32,000 nucleotides of DNA. Origin: Pseudodesulfovibrio piezophilus C1TLV30 (GTDB lineage: Bacteria; Desulfobacterota; Desulfovibrionia; Desulfovibrionales; Desulfovibrionaceae). The stretch is taken from positions 3,512,411 through 3,544,410 of the forward strand of contig NC_020409.1 in the NCBI RefSeq assembly GCF_000341895.1, in the 5' to 3' direction. Below the pieces are notes generated by a model. It searched no databases and was not told the DNA's origin. It saw nothing but the letters and a program-made list of their open reading frames with translations. Below, piece by piece: positions 1 to 9,476 of the stretch (within the stretch, counting starts at the first letter, position 1; each line of letters starts with the position of its first letter). The position numbers were made by a program, and so were the translations under genes.

Positions 1-1533
1 CACGCCCAGGTCGATGGGGTCGTCGTGCCCAAGGGGAAGCATAAACTCTCCGGGTATGAGACCGTGAGCATCGGAGCTGGCGAGAGTCGGAATGGAGAGG
101 ATACGGCACAGCCTGTACCCGGCGATTTGGATGTCGTTTATGAAGACTCACACGTGGTTGTCGTGGATAAGATTGCCGGTTTGACGACACATCCCGCGCC
201 AGGAGAACCGGGGCCGACGTTGGTGAATCTGTTGTTGCATCGATACCCGGATATTTCATCTCAAGATTCCGGGATGAGCGGATTGCGGCCCGGTATTGTC
301 CATCGCTTGGACAAGGATACTTCGGGGTTGATTGTGGCAGTTCGGACGGAAGCTGACAGGTTGACGCTTTCCGCTGATTTTGCCGAACGTCGGGTGCACA
401 AAGTGTATCTCGCAATTGTTCATGGGGTTCCGGAACGATCGCAGGGAACCATTGAAGATTCTATCGGACGACATCCGACACAGAAGACACGAATGGCCGT
501 AGTCGAGAAGGGGGGGCGAGAAGCTCGAAGTGAGTATCGGGTTCTTTGGGCAGGTCCCCGAGGGCTCGCCTCTCTGGTCGCCGTGCGAATTCATACGGGG
601 CGGACACATCAGATTCGTGTTCACATGGCGCATATCGGGCACCCGTTGCTTGGGGATACTGTGTATGGACCGCAGGAAAATGCTGTTTGGAAACGCAGGT
701 CCGACAGTCTTGCCGAAATGGCCCCACGGCAAATGCTGCATGCATTTCATCTTTCTTTTACGCACCCGGAAAGTGGGGAAGTGATGACACTATGGCGCAA
801 GCCGCCACAGGACTTCCTGATGCTGCTCAGTGCTCTCAAACGTGAATGTCTGCGTCTTGGGGTCGTTGGGATGCCGGGAAGCGGCAAGTCGGCTGTCGTG
901 CGTTTCCTGCGTAATGCCGGACTTCCCACTTTCAGTGCCGATGAATCCGTCGCTGCTCTCTATGCCCCTGAGGGGGATGGTGCGGCCATGATTCGACAAC
1001 GCTTTGGCGGAGAATATTCGTTGTCCGATGGTTCCGTGGACAAGGCGGCGTTGTTTGCTGCCATGCTCAAGTCAGATGGGGTGCGCCGTGAAATAATGGA
1101 CACTATTCATCCCATTGTTCAGCATGAGTGTGAAATGTTTTTCAAGCAATATCGAGATGAACCTGTGGCCTATGCGGAGATTCCACTTCTTTTGGAAGGA
1201 GGATGGCATGAAAAGGGATATGTGGATGCCGTGGCCGGTGTTCATTGTCCGCAAGAAAAACGGACTGGAGAATTACGACGGATACGTGGCCTTTCTGTTG
1301 AAACTCTCGCCGCCTTCGACTCATGGCAGTGGGCTGAGAAGGACAAACTGGCCGCGTGTGATTACATTGTTGAAAACAATGCGGGGTTGGATGAATTGCA
1401 GGTTGAGGCAGCGGGGATGCAGGAGTGGGCCGTAGAGCTATCGGAAGAACGCAATCGGGAATTCGGGCGCTGGCTTGAGGCTCTTTGGCCTCAATTGGCA
1501 TTGGAATTCCAAGATGGTGGAGGCTGGATGTGA
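1..1533 (+). CDS. RluA/RluD-family pseudouridine synthase fused in frame to dephospho-CoA kinase (CoaE); 5' end lies outside the window
   Basis: Frame 1 is open from nt 1 (no stop before the GTG at 25), so the gene starts upstream of the window. The N-terminal part carries the RluA-family catalytic motif HRLDKDTSGLIVAVRT and GRTHQIRVHM. From about nt 850 the same frame continues without a stop into a CoaE-like domain: P-loop GMPGSGKSAV, SADE, IHPIV, EIPLLLEGG. Stop TGA at 1531-1533. Confidence 0.85.
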   Translation, partial: HAQVDGVVVPKGKHKLSGYETVSIGAGESRNGEDTAQPVPGDLDVVYEDSHVVVVDKIAGLTTHPAPGEPGPTLVNLLLHRYPDISSQDSGMSGLRPGIVHRLDKDTSGLIVAVRTEADRLTLSADFAERRVHKVYLAIVHGVPERSQGTIEDSIGRHPTQKTRMAVVEKGGREARSEYRVLWAGPRGLASLVAVRIHTGRTHQIRVHMAHIGHPLLGDTVYGPQENAVWKRRSDSLAEMAPRQMLHAFHLSFTHPESGEVMTLWRKPPQDFLMLLSALKRECLRLGVVGMPGSGKSAVVRFLRNAGLPTFSADESVAALYAPEGDGAAMIRQRFGGEYSLSDGSVDKAALFAAMLKSDGVRREIMDTIHPIVQHECEMFFKQYRDEPVAYAEIPLLLEGGWHEKGYVDAVAGVHCPQEKRTGELRRIRGLSVETLAAFDSWQWAEKDKLAACDYIVENNAGLDELQVEAAGMQEWAVELSEERNREFGRWLEALWPQLALEFQDGGGWM

Positions 1534-2279
1534 TACCAATTCGGGATAATGTGCCGAGAGTGACCCTGCCCATAGCGGTCTCAGTGATTATCGCGGTCAA
1601 TATCCTTGCCTTTTTATATAGTAAAGCCCTGGACCCTCGAGGGGTGGCGCATCTTTTTCATGTTTTTGGTGTTGTTCCCGCCCGGTTTTTCGAACCGGAG
1701 TGGGCTGCTTGGGCCGGGTACCCAAAGACCCTTGGGTGGCCTTTTTTTACATACATGTTTCTGCATGGCGGATGGTTACATATCATCCTCAATATGTGGA
1801 TGCTTTGGATCTTTGGCGATAATATCGAGGATGTCACCGGTCATGGTTGGTTTGTGGTCTTTTACCTGCTTTGTGGAATGGTTGCGGTCGCTGTTCACAT
1901 GCTTTTCGAGCAGACCTCGGCTCTCCCTATTGTCGGCGCTTCCGGGGCCGTGGCCGGTGTGATGGGGGCCTATGTCATGCTTTATCCGCATGGTAAGGTT
2001 CTGACTTTAATTCCCATTTTTTTTATTCCCCTGATATTACGGGTACCATCGGCCTTGTTTCTCGGTGTCTGGTTTGTGTCGCAACTGGTTTCTGGTGTTG
2101 TCTTGCAGGGAGAGGATGCCAGTCAGGTCGCGTGGTGGGCGCATGTTGGGGGCTTTGCCGCTGGTATTGTGTTGATTCGGGTCTTTCGGCGTCCAGGGCA
2201 TTGCCGATATTGCTATAATCCAGAAACCAGAGATTATGATCCGGAGGAGGTGACGGACAATCGCTCGAATCTCCCTTGA
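1530..2279 (+). CDS. Rhomboid-family intramembrane serine protease
   Basis: Multi-TM protein with rhomboid motifs HGGWLHIILNMWMLWIFGDNIE, catalytic GASGAVAGVMGAY and AHVGGFAAG. I chose the GTG at 1530 as start (MIPIRDNVP..., a typical rhomboid N-terminus). It overlaps the upstream stop as GTGA. The TTG at 1485 from the ORF track is an alternative start. Confidence 0.85.
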   Translation: MIPIRDNVPRVTLPIAVSVIIAVNILAFLYSKALDPRGVAHLFHVFGVVPARFFEPEWAAWAGYPKTLGWPFFTYMFLHGGWLHIILNMWMLWIFGDNIEDVTGHGWFVVFYLLCGMVAVAVHMLFEQTSALPIVGASGAVAGVMGAYVMLYPHGKVLTLIPIFFIPLILRVPSALFLGVWFVSQLVSGVVLQGEDASQVAWWAHVGGFAAGIVLIRVFRRPGHCRYCYNPETRDYDPEEVTDNRSNLP

Positions 2280-2806
2280 AGTTCCCACTTTCTGATCAAT
2301 TGGGCAGTTGCTGGCGGCACCAGATGCTCCATGGGGCGGCCTGCCATGATTGCCTGTCGAACCTGCGTCCCGGTGATGCCCTTTTTATCAAGTGGCTGTT
2401 CCCACATGACATGAGTTGTGAGTCCCAGAGAATCCAGGCGGAGCTTTTTTTCGCGTCCCCAATCATCATAAATGGTCAGATAATACACCGCATCCTTTGG
2501 TGCCACCACTTGCAGTTCGTTGGGTTTGCAGATGGGAAAAGGGATGATGCTGAAAGTTTCAGGCTGAACCCCGGCTTCCGTGAGCACGGCGTGAAGCATG
2601 ATCTCCCGTTCTTCATAAGTCAGGGGATTGTTGGCCGCATTGGAACGGCTGGGGTCTGTCTTCTCTTCAGTCGTCTGCTCCGGAGTTGGATTGGTGACGC
2701 CGACAGTCATATGCGTACAGAGGGCTTTCCCGGCCAGCAGATATTTGAGGTGGTCGTTGTGGACGATTTGAAAGCGTCCATGGATGAATCCCCGAGCGTG
2801 CGTCAT
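2234..2806 (-). CDS. Cytidylyltransferase-fold nucleotidyltransferase, NMN/NaMN adenylyltransferase-like
   Basis: N-terminal GRFQIVHNDH matches the GRFQPxHxGH signature of archaeal/NadM-type NMNAT, but with HNDH in place of HxGH. C-terminal ITGTQVRQAI matches the ISGT/ISSTxIR motif. Its ATG (2804-2806) directly abuts the TAA stop (2807-2809) of the upstream gene. Confidence 0.65.
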   Translation of the reverse strand: MTHARGFIHGRFQIVHNDHLKYLLAGKALCTHMTVGVTNPTPEQTTEEKTDPSRSNAANNPLTYEEREIMLHAVLTEAGVQPETFSIIPFPICKPNELQVVAPKDAVYYLTIYDDWGREKKLRLDSLGLTTHVMWEQPLDKKGITGTQVRQAIMAGRPMEHLVPPATAQLIRKWELQGRFERLSVTSSGS

Positions 2807-4201
2807 TTACGCCTCCTTCGCAGGAGAGGCCGTTTCGTTTGTTTCGGATTCGGCCACAATAGGTTCGGGAACAACGGTGAAGGGATCATAATCGCCGGGC
2901 CAGAATTGTTGTGGATAGGGAGAGTCATGAATACCACCCAAACGGGCCAGATCAAGGTAGTTGAGAATCATATGCATCATTTCATCTCCACGCAGGCAGC
3001 TTAACGCTCCTCCGGCCACGCTGATTTCGTCGAAAGCTTCAACTTTATCTCGACGGACCCCGTCTCCAAGGAACATGACCGGGACCGGTTCGCCCGAATG
3101 AACAAGCCCACCAGAGCTGGGTGTGGAATGGTCAGCTGTCACGACCAGAAGAACCTCTTCGTTTTTGAGCAGGACGTCAATGCCCTCGGCAATGCCCCGA
3201 TCCAACGCTTCGATGACTTTGACTTTTGATTTGGGGTTTTTGGTGTGTCCTGCCCGGTCTGGTGCTTTGGTGTGAACGTGGATGAAGTTGTAGTTATCAA
3301 CATTGTCGGCCGCTATTTTCAGGCGTTCGGCGATATCTCGTCCCGGATCTCGTGTGTCTCGAACCTGCTTGAAGTCCATACCGAGGTACGACGCAAGGCC
3401 TTTGTACATGAATCCACTTGCCATGGAGAGTCCACACAGGCCGTACCTATCTCGGATATGGGATCGGTCACGCAATATCCCGGCTCGTTGGGTGACCAAA
3501 CCGTTGATCGGAGGGAGTTTCTGCTTGATGCGTAGTTGATTTTGGTCAACTTTACAGAGTCTTCGATACGCCCATCGGAGATATTCCCTCAGTACTTTGG
3601 CTGTTTTTATGGCTTTGGGATCAGCGGCGTGAGAGGTAAGGGGCCTTATCTCGGAAATAAATCGTCCGTCGACCATGGGGTTGGAATCGGTGATGAATGG
3701 ACTGACCTCGCCGTGCATGGTCAAGACGCTGAACATGCCGCCGGTTTTGTGAAGTCGGATGGAGATGCCATCCTGCTCGAAGTGGTCGGCCGCATCATAG
3801 AGGGAGTCAATTTCCTCAGGGGTTCCGCAAATACGATCGTACTTGAGAGTCAGTTGGTTCTCCAGGGTCTCGAGGACGCTGCAAAAATGTGCAAGCATGG
3901 CGACATCATTTTCACCGAGGTCTATTTCTGCTCCGAGAGCCTCAAGTGGTCCTCTGCCGGGGAATTCTTCCTTGGGACTTCCGAACATGGCAAAGTGGGC
4001 ATTTTCGCTGGGGAGTGGTTGCCCCAGTTTTCCTGCATGGTAGAGTCCTGTGCTGGACAGTGAAGCCAGCCTGTCGAGGCAGGGGGTTTCGGCAAATTGC
4101 AATGGGGTCTGATGTTGAAATTGGGCTTGAGCCCGGTCGCCGAGGCCATCAAGAAGGAGGAGTACACAGGTTTTGGACACGTCATTCTCCGGGGAGTGCA
4201 T
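2807..4201 (-). CDS. Cofactor-independent phosphoglycerate mutase (ApgM)-like, alkaline-phosphatase-superfamily enzyme
   Basis: VLLLLDGLGDR, TPCLDRLA, GRGPLEALGAEIDL and VVTADHSTP follow the ApgM / phosphonopyruvate-decarboxylase-related family pattern. At 464 aa it has an acidic, proline-rich C-terminal tail. Confidence 0.75.
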   Translation of the reverse strand: MHSPENDVSKTCVLLLLDGLGDRAQAQFQHQTPLQFAETPCLDRLASLSSTGLYHAGKLGQPLPSENAHFAMFGSPKEEFPGRGPLEALGAEIDLGENDVAMLAHFCSVLETLENQLTLKYDRICGTPEEIDSLYDAADHFEQDGISIRLHKTGGMFSVLTMHGEVSPFITDSNPMVDGRFISEIRPLTSHAADPKAIKTAKVLREYLRWAYRRLCKVDQNQLRIKQKLPPINGLVTQRAGILRDRSHIRDRYGLCGLSMASGFMYKGLASYLGMDFKQVRDTRDPGRDIAERLKIAADNVDNYNFIHVHTKAPDRAGHTKNPKSKVKVIEALDRGIAEGIDVLLKNEEVLLVVTADHSTPSSGGLVHSGEPVPVMFLGDGVRRDKVEAFDEISVAGGALSCLRGDEMMHMILNYLDLARLGGIHDSPYPQQFWPGDYDPFTVVPEPIVAESETNETASPAKEA

Positions 4202-4316
4202 ATGGTACGCACTGGCTTATGGGTGTACTGGTCATATTGGTTTTGTCGATTGAGTCTGTAAAGTTCATTAGCAGAAACTCTTTGCCATGCAAATCATCCG
4301 TGGGCATTATTTGAAG

Positions 4317-4931
4317 ATGCTGATAGATATTCATGTCCATTCGGATAACTCTTCCTGTAGCGTCATGCCCGCGTCGGAGATTGTGGCCCGAGCCAGAAGT
4401 CTTGGGCTGGACGGGGTCTGCATTACCGATCACGACACTACGGCCGTTTTGTCACAAATCCAGGAAGGTTTCCAGCCTGATGGTTTGCTGGTGCTGGTGG
4501 GGATGGAATATTCTACTGACGAGGGAGATTTCCTTGTTTATGGTGACGTGGAGTCTCTTGTTCCTGGTATGGATGGGCGTGCTTTGCTGACATCCGTGAT
4601 TGAAACAGGAGGGGCAGTCGTCGCAGCGCATCCGTTTCGTGGGTGGCGTCCCTCGGACACCGGGCTTTTCCAGTCATATCCCCCCTCTGCCATTGAGGTT
4701 GTCAATGGCAGAAACACAGAGGCTGAAGATGCGCAGGCTCTTGAATTGGCATGTCACCTCGCTCTTGCTCACGTCTCAGGTTCCGATGCTCACCGATTTG
4801 ACGAGTTGGGACGATTTCCAACTCGATTTACCTGCCCCATTTCCGATCGGGTTGATCTCGTGAACGCGCTCAGGCAAGGGATGTGTCGGCCTGGTGTTCT
4901 TCGGAGTGCTGCGCTCGCCTCGGCTTCCTAG
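4317..4931 (+). CDS. PHP-domain metal-dependent phosphoesterase
   Basis: MLIDIHVHSDNSSCS...GLDGVCITDHDT...AAHPFR...SGSDAHR are the His/Asp metal-ligand motifs of PHP domains. I preferred the ATG at 4317 (MLIDIHVHS) over the ORF-track ATG at 4287. Confidence 0.75.
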   Translation: MLIDIHVHSDNSSCSVMPASEIVARARSLGLDGVCITDHDTTAVLSQIQEGFQPDGLLVLVGMEYSTDEGDFLVYGDVESLVPGMDGRALLTSVIETGGAVVAAHPFRGWRPSDTGLFQSYPPSAIEVVNGRNTEAEDAQALELACHLALAHVSGSDAHRFDELGRFPTRFTCPISDRVDLVNALRQGMCRPGVLRSAALASAS

Positions 4932-5080
4932 ATTCTCCGCTTTCATTTTTGAGTGTACGAACTCTCCTCTCAGAGCCTATTCGTTTGCGTCTTAGGTCAT
5001 ATTCGGTCATACGTGGCTGTTCAGTTGTGTCTTGCCAGAGTTCTGAAGGACAAAGGGACATCTCTTTGGTGTGTGCGGCC

Positions 5081-5112
5081 TGGAAAACTTCTGTGGAAAA
5101 GGCTGTGGAAAA
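5081..5112 (+). repeat. Three phased TGGAAAA direct repeats upstream of cbpA
   Basis: TGGAAAA occurs at 5081-5087, 5094-5100 and 5106-5112 (spacing 13 and 12 nt). TTGACT (5117-5122) and TTGACA (5140-5145) follow immediately. The repeat is directly visible; any function is inferred. Confidence 0.5.
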
Positions 5113-5218
5113 AATATTGACTCAAATGAAAATACAGTCTTGACACAAAGCCCTGACAGATTACTTTAGTGTCTGGAATAGATATCTGATTTTCTTTTGC
5201 GAAAGGAACGTTTGAAGA

Positions 5219-6202
5219 ATGGAATACAAAGACTATTACAAGTTGCTCGGAGTCTCCCGGTCTGCTCCCAAGGACGAGATCGCCAAGGCATTCAAGAAGC
5301 TGGCCCGGAAGTACCATCCTGACCTCAATCCCAATAATACGGAAGCCGAGGCCAAGTTCAAGGAGATCAACGAAGCGTATGAAGTCCTCAAGGACGAGAA
5401 AAAACGCAAGTTGTATGATCAATTCGGCTCTAATTGGGAACACGGGCAGAATTTTCAACCTCCGCCAGGTTATGAAAACATGAACTACGGCGGCGGTGGG
5501 TTCTCTCAGGGCGGATTCTCCCAAGGTGGGTTTTCCGATTTTTTCGAAACCATTTTCGGCGGAGCCGGAGGTGGCGGCGGGAATTTTCGGGGTGGCTTTT
5601 CCCAAGGAGGATTCGGCGGCGAAGGGTTTCAGCAGCGTCCGCGTAGAGGGGCGGATTCCGAAGCCATGTATGAGCTGACCTTGGAAGAAGCATATCGGGG
5701 CGGCAATAAGTCCATCACCTTGCAGGAGCAGGTGACAGGCCCGGACGGATATCCGCGCATGACTACCAAGACGTTGGAAGTCAATGTCCCTGCCGGTATC
5801 AAGGACGGGCAGAAAATTCGTTTGGCAGGGCAGGGAAATCCCGGCATGGCCGGTGGTCCCAAGGGTGACCTTTATCTAAAAATAAAGATCATGCCTCACA
5901 CAATGTTCAAGGTCTCTGATTCTGATGTTGTGCTCGATCTGAATCTGGCTCCATGGGAAGCCGCTCTCGGTTCTCTGGTACGTATCCCGACTCTGGATGG
6001 TGCTGTCGAGATGAAAATCCCGCCGGGCATCGGTTCAGGCAAGAAGCTCCGCATCAAGGGACGGGGATTGGGAAGTGGGGCCAAGCGCGGCGACCAGTTT
6101 GTCAGGATAATGATTCAGGTTCCTGATCTTCTCACGCCAGAGGAAAGGGAACTGTGGGAGACGTTGCAGGAAAAATCATCCTTCAAGCCGAGAGAGTTCT
6201 AG
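5219..6202 (+). CDS. cbpA: Curved-DNA-binding DnaJ-like co-chaperone CbpA (class II J-protein without zinc finger)
   Basis: J-domain DYYKLLGV...KYHPDLNP, then a Gly/Phe-rich linker ([17 protein letters not shown]...). There is no CxxCxGxG zinc-finger region. The DnaJ-type C-terminal domains are present. A cbpM-like gene follows. Confidence 0.85.
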   Translation: MEYKDYYKLLGVSRSAPKDEIAKAFKKLARKYHPDLNPNNTEAEAKFKEINEAYEVLKDEKKRKLYDQFGSNWEHGQNFQPPPGYENMNYGGGGFSQGGFSQGGFSDFFETIFGGAGGGGGNFRGGFSQGGFGGEGFQQRPRRGADSEAMYELTLEEAYRGGNKSITLQEQVTGPDGYPRMTTKTLEVNVPAGIKDGQKIRLAGQGNPGMAGGPKGDLYLKIKIMPHTMFKVSDSDVVLDLNLAPWEAALGSLVRIPTLDGAVEMKIPPGIGSGKKLRIKGRGLGSGAKRGDQFVRIMIQVPDLLTPEERELWETLQEKSSFKPREF

Positions 6203-6211
6203 GGGAACGCC

Positions 6212-6547
6212 ATGCCAAACAAGCGACTGAGAGAGATGATGATGCAGTTGCCCGGCCTCAATCTGCCGGAGAGGTCGGAATATGTTGCCTGGGCACAACT
6301 GGTGGAGTTGACCTCAATTCAGCCGGGCGACATGGCTGAATTGATCGAGCTTGGCTGGATCAATCCGAAAAAGACCAGGGCCGAGGAATATCTGTTCCGG
6401 TTGCGGGATGTGTATCGTATTCACAAGCTCATGCGCCTGGTCAACGATCTCGAAATGTCCTTTGACAGTGGTTCCATTGTTGTGGATCTGCTCGACCGGG
6501 TGGAAGAATTGGAAAAGGAAGTGGAAGAGCTGAAGCGACTTGTCTAA
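6212..6547 (+). CDS. cbpM: Chaperone modulatory protein CbpM (MerR-like)
   Basis: 111-aa protein starting 10 nt after cbpA. The pattern ...ELIELGWINP...FRLRDVYRIHKLMRLVNDLEM...VVDLLDRVEELEKEVEELKRL resembles E. coli CbpM (MerR-like fold plus C-terminal coiled coil). Position and size fit. Confidence 0.7.
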   Translation: MPNKRLREMMMQLPGLNLPERSEYVAWAQLVELTSIQPGDMAELIELGWINPKKTRAEEYLFRLRDVYRIHKLMRLVNDLEMSFDSGSIVVDLLDRVEELEKEVEELKRLV

Positions 6548-6693
6548 CAAAACTGCGGGGAAACCCGATCTGGTCGCTGATGCAGGAGTTTGGATGAATC
6601 GGAAGGTACCACCCTTTCGTCCAACCTCTGAGTTGAATTCATTGATCGGTTATTTTCTAACAGTTTGAAGAGATAATTCAGGGAGGTTCATTC

Positions 6694-9291
6694 ATGGATC
6701 CGAATACATTTACCAAGAAAACCCAGGATGCCATTTCAGAGGCGCAGAATCTCGCCATTCGAAGTGGTCATCAACAGATAGATTGCGAACACCTGATGCG
6801 GGCACTTGTTGCTCAGGAACAAGGATTGGTCCCGCAGATATTACGCAAACTCGGCATTGCGCCGGATTCCTATCTTGGAGCAGTCGATTCCGAGATTTCA
6901 AAGCTGCCTAAGGTCTCCGGGCCTGGCGCACGTCCTGATCAGATAGTTGTGACCCCGCGCCTGCAATCCGTACTCGTGGCGGCTGATGACCAGGCAAAGC
7001 GCATGAAAGATGAATTCGTCTCCGTGGAGCATGTCCTCCTCGGCCTCATGGACGAATCACAGTCCACGGGTATCGGTCGAGTTAACAAGCAGTTCAATCT
7101 GAGCAAGGACAAGGTGCTTTCTGCCTTGACCGAAGTTCGGGGAAAACAGCGGGTCACTTCAGACAATCCTGAGGCTACATATGATTCACTCAAAAAATAC
7201 GGTCGGGATCTGGTTGAAGAGGCGCGATCCGGCAAGCTCGATCCGGTCATTGGTCGGGACAGTGAAATCCGCCGCGTCATTCGAATCCTGTCACGCCGTA
7301 CCAAAAACAATCCCGTCCTGATTGGCGAAGCTGGAGTTGGCAAAACCGCCATTGCCGAGGGGTTGGCCCAACGCATCGTTGCCGGAGATGTCCCTGAAGG
7401 GCTCAAGGACAAGACTGTTTTCAGTTTGGATATGAGCGCGCTTATTGCCGGGGCCAAGTATCGTGGTGAATTTGAGGAGCGGTTGAAAGCCGTGCTCAAG
7501 GAGGTGCAGGAATCCGCCGGGCAGATTGTCATGTTTATCGATGAACTGCATACCATCGTCGGTGCGGGAAAAACAGACGGGGCCATGGATGCCGGTAATA
7601 TTCTCAAGCCGATGTTGGCACGAGGAGAATTGCACTGCATTGGGGCCACCACCACTGATGAATACCGCAAGTACATCGAAAAAGATCCGGCGCTTGAACG
7701 TCGTTTTCAGACTGTTACAGTGGCTGAACCGAGCGTGGAGGATACCATTTCCATTTTGCGCGGATTGCGTGAGCGATTTGAAGTCCATCACGGTGTGCGT
7801 ATTTCGGATGGAGCGGTGGTTGAAGCGGCGATCCTGTCACATCGATACATTCCAGATCGACAATTGCCTGATAAGGCCATCGACCTCATTGACGAAGCCG
7901 CAGCCTTGATCAGGACAGAGATTGATTCCCAGCCTTATGAATTGGACAAGGCCAATCGACAGATCATGCAGCTTGAGATTGAGCGGGAAGCGCTGAAGCG
8001 TGAGACTGATGATGCTTCCAAAGGGCGGCTGATTAAGTTGGAAAAAGACCTTGTCAACCTGAAGGAAAAGCAGGCGGCCTTGCTTACCCAATGGGAGAAT
8101 GAAAAAGGTGGTATCGAACGGCTGCGGTCTCTCAAGGGAGAAATCGAAGCGACCCGGCGGGAAATAGATGAAGTCAAACGGGTGCATGACTACAATCGGG
8201 CAGCGGAATTGGAATATGGTGTACTTGCAGGATTGGAGAAAGACCTCAAGGCTCGCAACGAAGCTCTGGAATCAGGAGATACTCCTCGTATGGTCAAAGA
8301 GGAAGTCGGCCCTGATGATGTGGCGCAAGTCATTGCACGTTGGACTGGAATTCCTGTTTCCAGACTTATGGAAGGAGAACGGGAAAAACTGTTGAAATTG
8401 GCTGATGTCCTTCATGAGCGGGTCATCGGGCAGGATCAGGCGGTCCAGGCTGTGGCCGATGCCGTGCTCCGTGCTCGTGCAGGTCTCAAGAACCCATCGA
8501 GGCCTATTGGTTCTTTCATCTTTCTTGGTCCCACAGGTGTGGGCAAAACCGAGTTGTGCAAGACCTTGGCAGCCAGTCTCTTTGATTCCGAGGATAATAT
8601 TGTCCGCATTGATATGTCGGAGTACATGGAAAAACATACCGTGGCCCGATTGATCGGCGCGCCTCCCGGTTACGTCGGATACGACGAGGGAGGACAGTTG
8701 ACCGAAGCTGTCAGGAGGAAGCCGTATTCGGTCGTTCTGTTTGACGAGATAGAGAAAGCGCACCATGACGTTTTCAATGTGTTACTTCAAATTCTTGATG
8801 ACGGCCGCCTGACGGATTCTCATGGACGGACAGTTGATTTCAAAAACACCATCGTCATCATGACAAGCAACCTCGGGGCGGAGTTGATGCTCGATGGCAT
8901 TGACGATCAGGGTGAGTTCAAAGAGGGGGTTGCAGAGCAGGTGATGGACGTACTTCGTCTGCATTTTCGCCCGGAATTCCTCAATCGTGTCGATGAAAGT
9001 GTTCTGTTCAGGCCACTGCGGACAGAGCAATTGATCAAGATTATTGATTTGCTTATTGCCGGGCTGCGTGGACGGCTCGAGGATCGCAAGATCAGTCTGA
9101 CACTTACGGACAAGGCAAAGGCATTCATTGCTCAATCAGCCTATGACCCGAACTTTGGCGCGCGTCCGCTGCATCGGTATCTTCAAACCCGCCTTGAAAC
9201 GCCACTTGCCAAGTTGATTATTGGTGGAGAATTGCTGGAAGGGGCCGAAGTGGTTGTCGATGAACGAGATGGAACTCTTGTCTTTGATTAA
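6694..9291 (+). CDS. clpB: ATP-dependent disaggregase ClpB
   Basis: 865 aa. Clp N-domain, Walker [11 protein letters not shown] in NBD1, a long coiled-coil middle domain, Walker [11 protein letters not shown] in NBD2, and GARPL near the C-terminus. RBS GGGAGG lies upstream. Confidence 0.97.
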   Translation: MDPNTFTKKTQDAISEAQNLAIRSGHQQIDCEHLMRALVAQEQGLVPQILRKLGIAPDSYLGAVDSEISKLPKVSGPGARPDQIVVTPRLQSVLVAADDQAKRMKDEFVSVEHVLLGLMDESQSTGIGRVNKQFNLSKDKVLSALTEVRGKQRVTSDNPEATYDSLKKYGRDLVEEARSGKLDPVIGRDSEIRRVIRILSRRTKNNPVLIGEAGVGKTAIAEGLAQRIVAGDVPEGLKDKTVFSLDMSALIAGAKYRGEFEERLKAVLKEVQESAGQIVMFIDELHTIVGAGKTDGAMDAGNILKPMLARGELHCIGATTTDEYRKYIEKDPALERRFQTVTVAEPSVEDTISILRGLRERFEVHHGVRISDGAVVEAAILSHRYIPDRQLPDKAIDLIDEAAALIRTEIDSQPYELDKANRQIMQLEIEREALKRETDDASKGRLIKLEKDLVNLKEKQAALLTQWENEKGGIERLRSLKGEIEATRREIDEVKRVHDYNRAAELEYGVLAGLEKDLKARNEALESGDTPRMVKEEVGPDDVAQVIARWTGIPVSRLMEGEREKLLKLADVLHERVIGQDQAVQAVADAVLRARAGLKNPSRPIGSFIFLGPTGVGKTELCKTLAASLFDSEDNIVRIDMSEYMEKHTVARLIGAPPGYVGYDEGGQLTEAVRRKPYSVVLFDEIEKAHHDVFNVLLQILDDGRLTDSHGRTVDFKNTIVIMTSNLGAELMLDGIDDQGEFKEGVAEQVMDVLRLHFRPEFLNRVDESVLFRPLRTEQLIKIIDLLIAGLRGRLEDRKISLTLTDKAKAFIAQSAYDPNFGARPLHRYLQTRLETPLAKLIIGGELLEGAEVVVDERDGTLVFD

Positions 9292-9314
9292 CCGCCCTTT
9301 CCTTTTCATAAAAG

Positions 9315-9347
9315 AACGGCCGTCGAGAAAATCGGCGGCCGTTTTTT
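9315..9347 (+). terminator. Rho-independent terminator after clpB
   Basis: Stem AACGGCCG (9315-9322) pairs with CGGCCGTT (9336-9343). A T-run extends to 9347, and the element begins 24 nt after the clpB stop. Confidence 0.6.
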
Positions 9348-9476
9348 CCCCTCTGTTAAAAGATGTAAAAGATTCCCGGTGACCTTGACTTCGATGAAGG
9401 TTTCGAGAAAGTTGCTGACGCAACATGTGTTGGCTTGTGTCTTGCCAACCTGAAACCATTCATTCGGGGATATCTC

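Noticed and set aside
2234-2279. Convergent 3' overlaps occur at three sites: rhomboid vs NMNAT-like gene (46 nt), solute-binding gene vs hydrolase (11680-11705, 26 nt), and mnmA vs TPR membrane protein (23439-23442, 4 nt).
   Set aside because: Short convergent overlaps are common in compact bacterial genomes. Nothing in the sequence, such as structured elements, points to antisense regulation.
5489-5625. Repetitive GGTGG/TTCTC-rich DNA encodes [14 protein letters not shown]...[10 protein letters not shown] inside cbpA.
   Set aside because: This is the normal Gly/Phe-rich linker of DnaJ/CbpA-type J-proteins, not an independent repeat element.
6939-7676. Long antisense ORFs lie inside well-supported genes: 6939..7676 (-) in clpB, 15998..16807 (-) in dnaK, 19566..20342 (-) in the LpoA-like gene, 24215..24922 (-) in mtaB, 31151..31930 (-) in recJ, 2276..3004 (+) opposite the NMNAT/ApgM genes, and 5021..5605 (-) opposite cbpA.
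   Set aside because: They have low-complexity, Arg/Ser/Pro-rich translations with no recognisable motifs. Each lies fully inside a strongly supported gene on the other strand. These are typical shadow ORFs.
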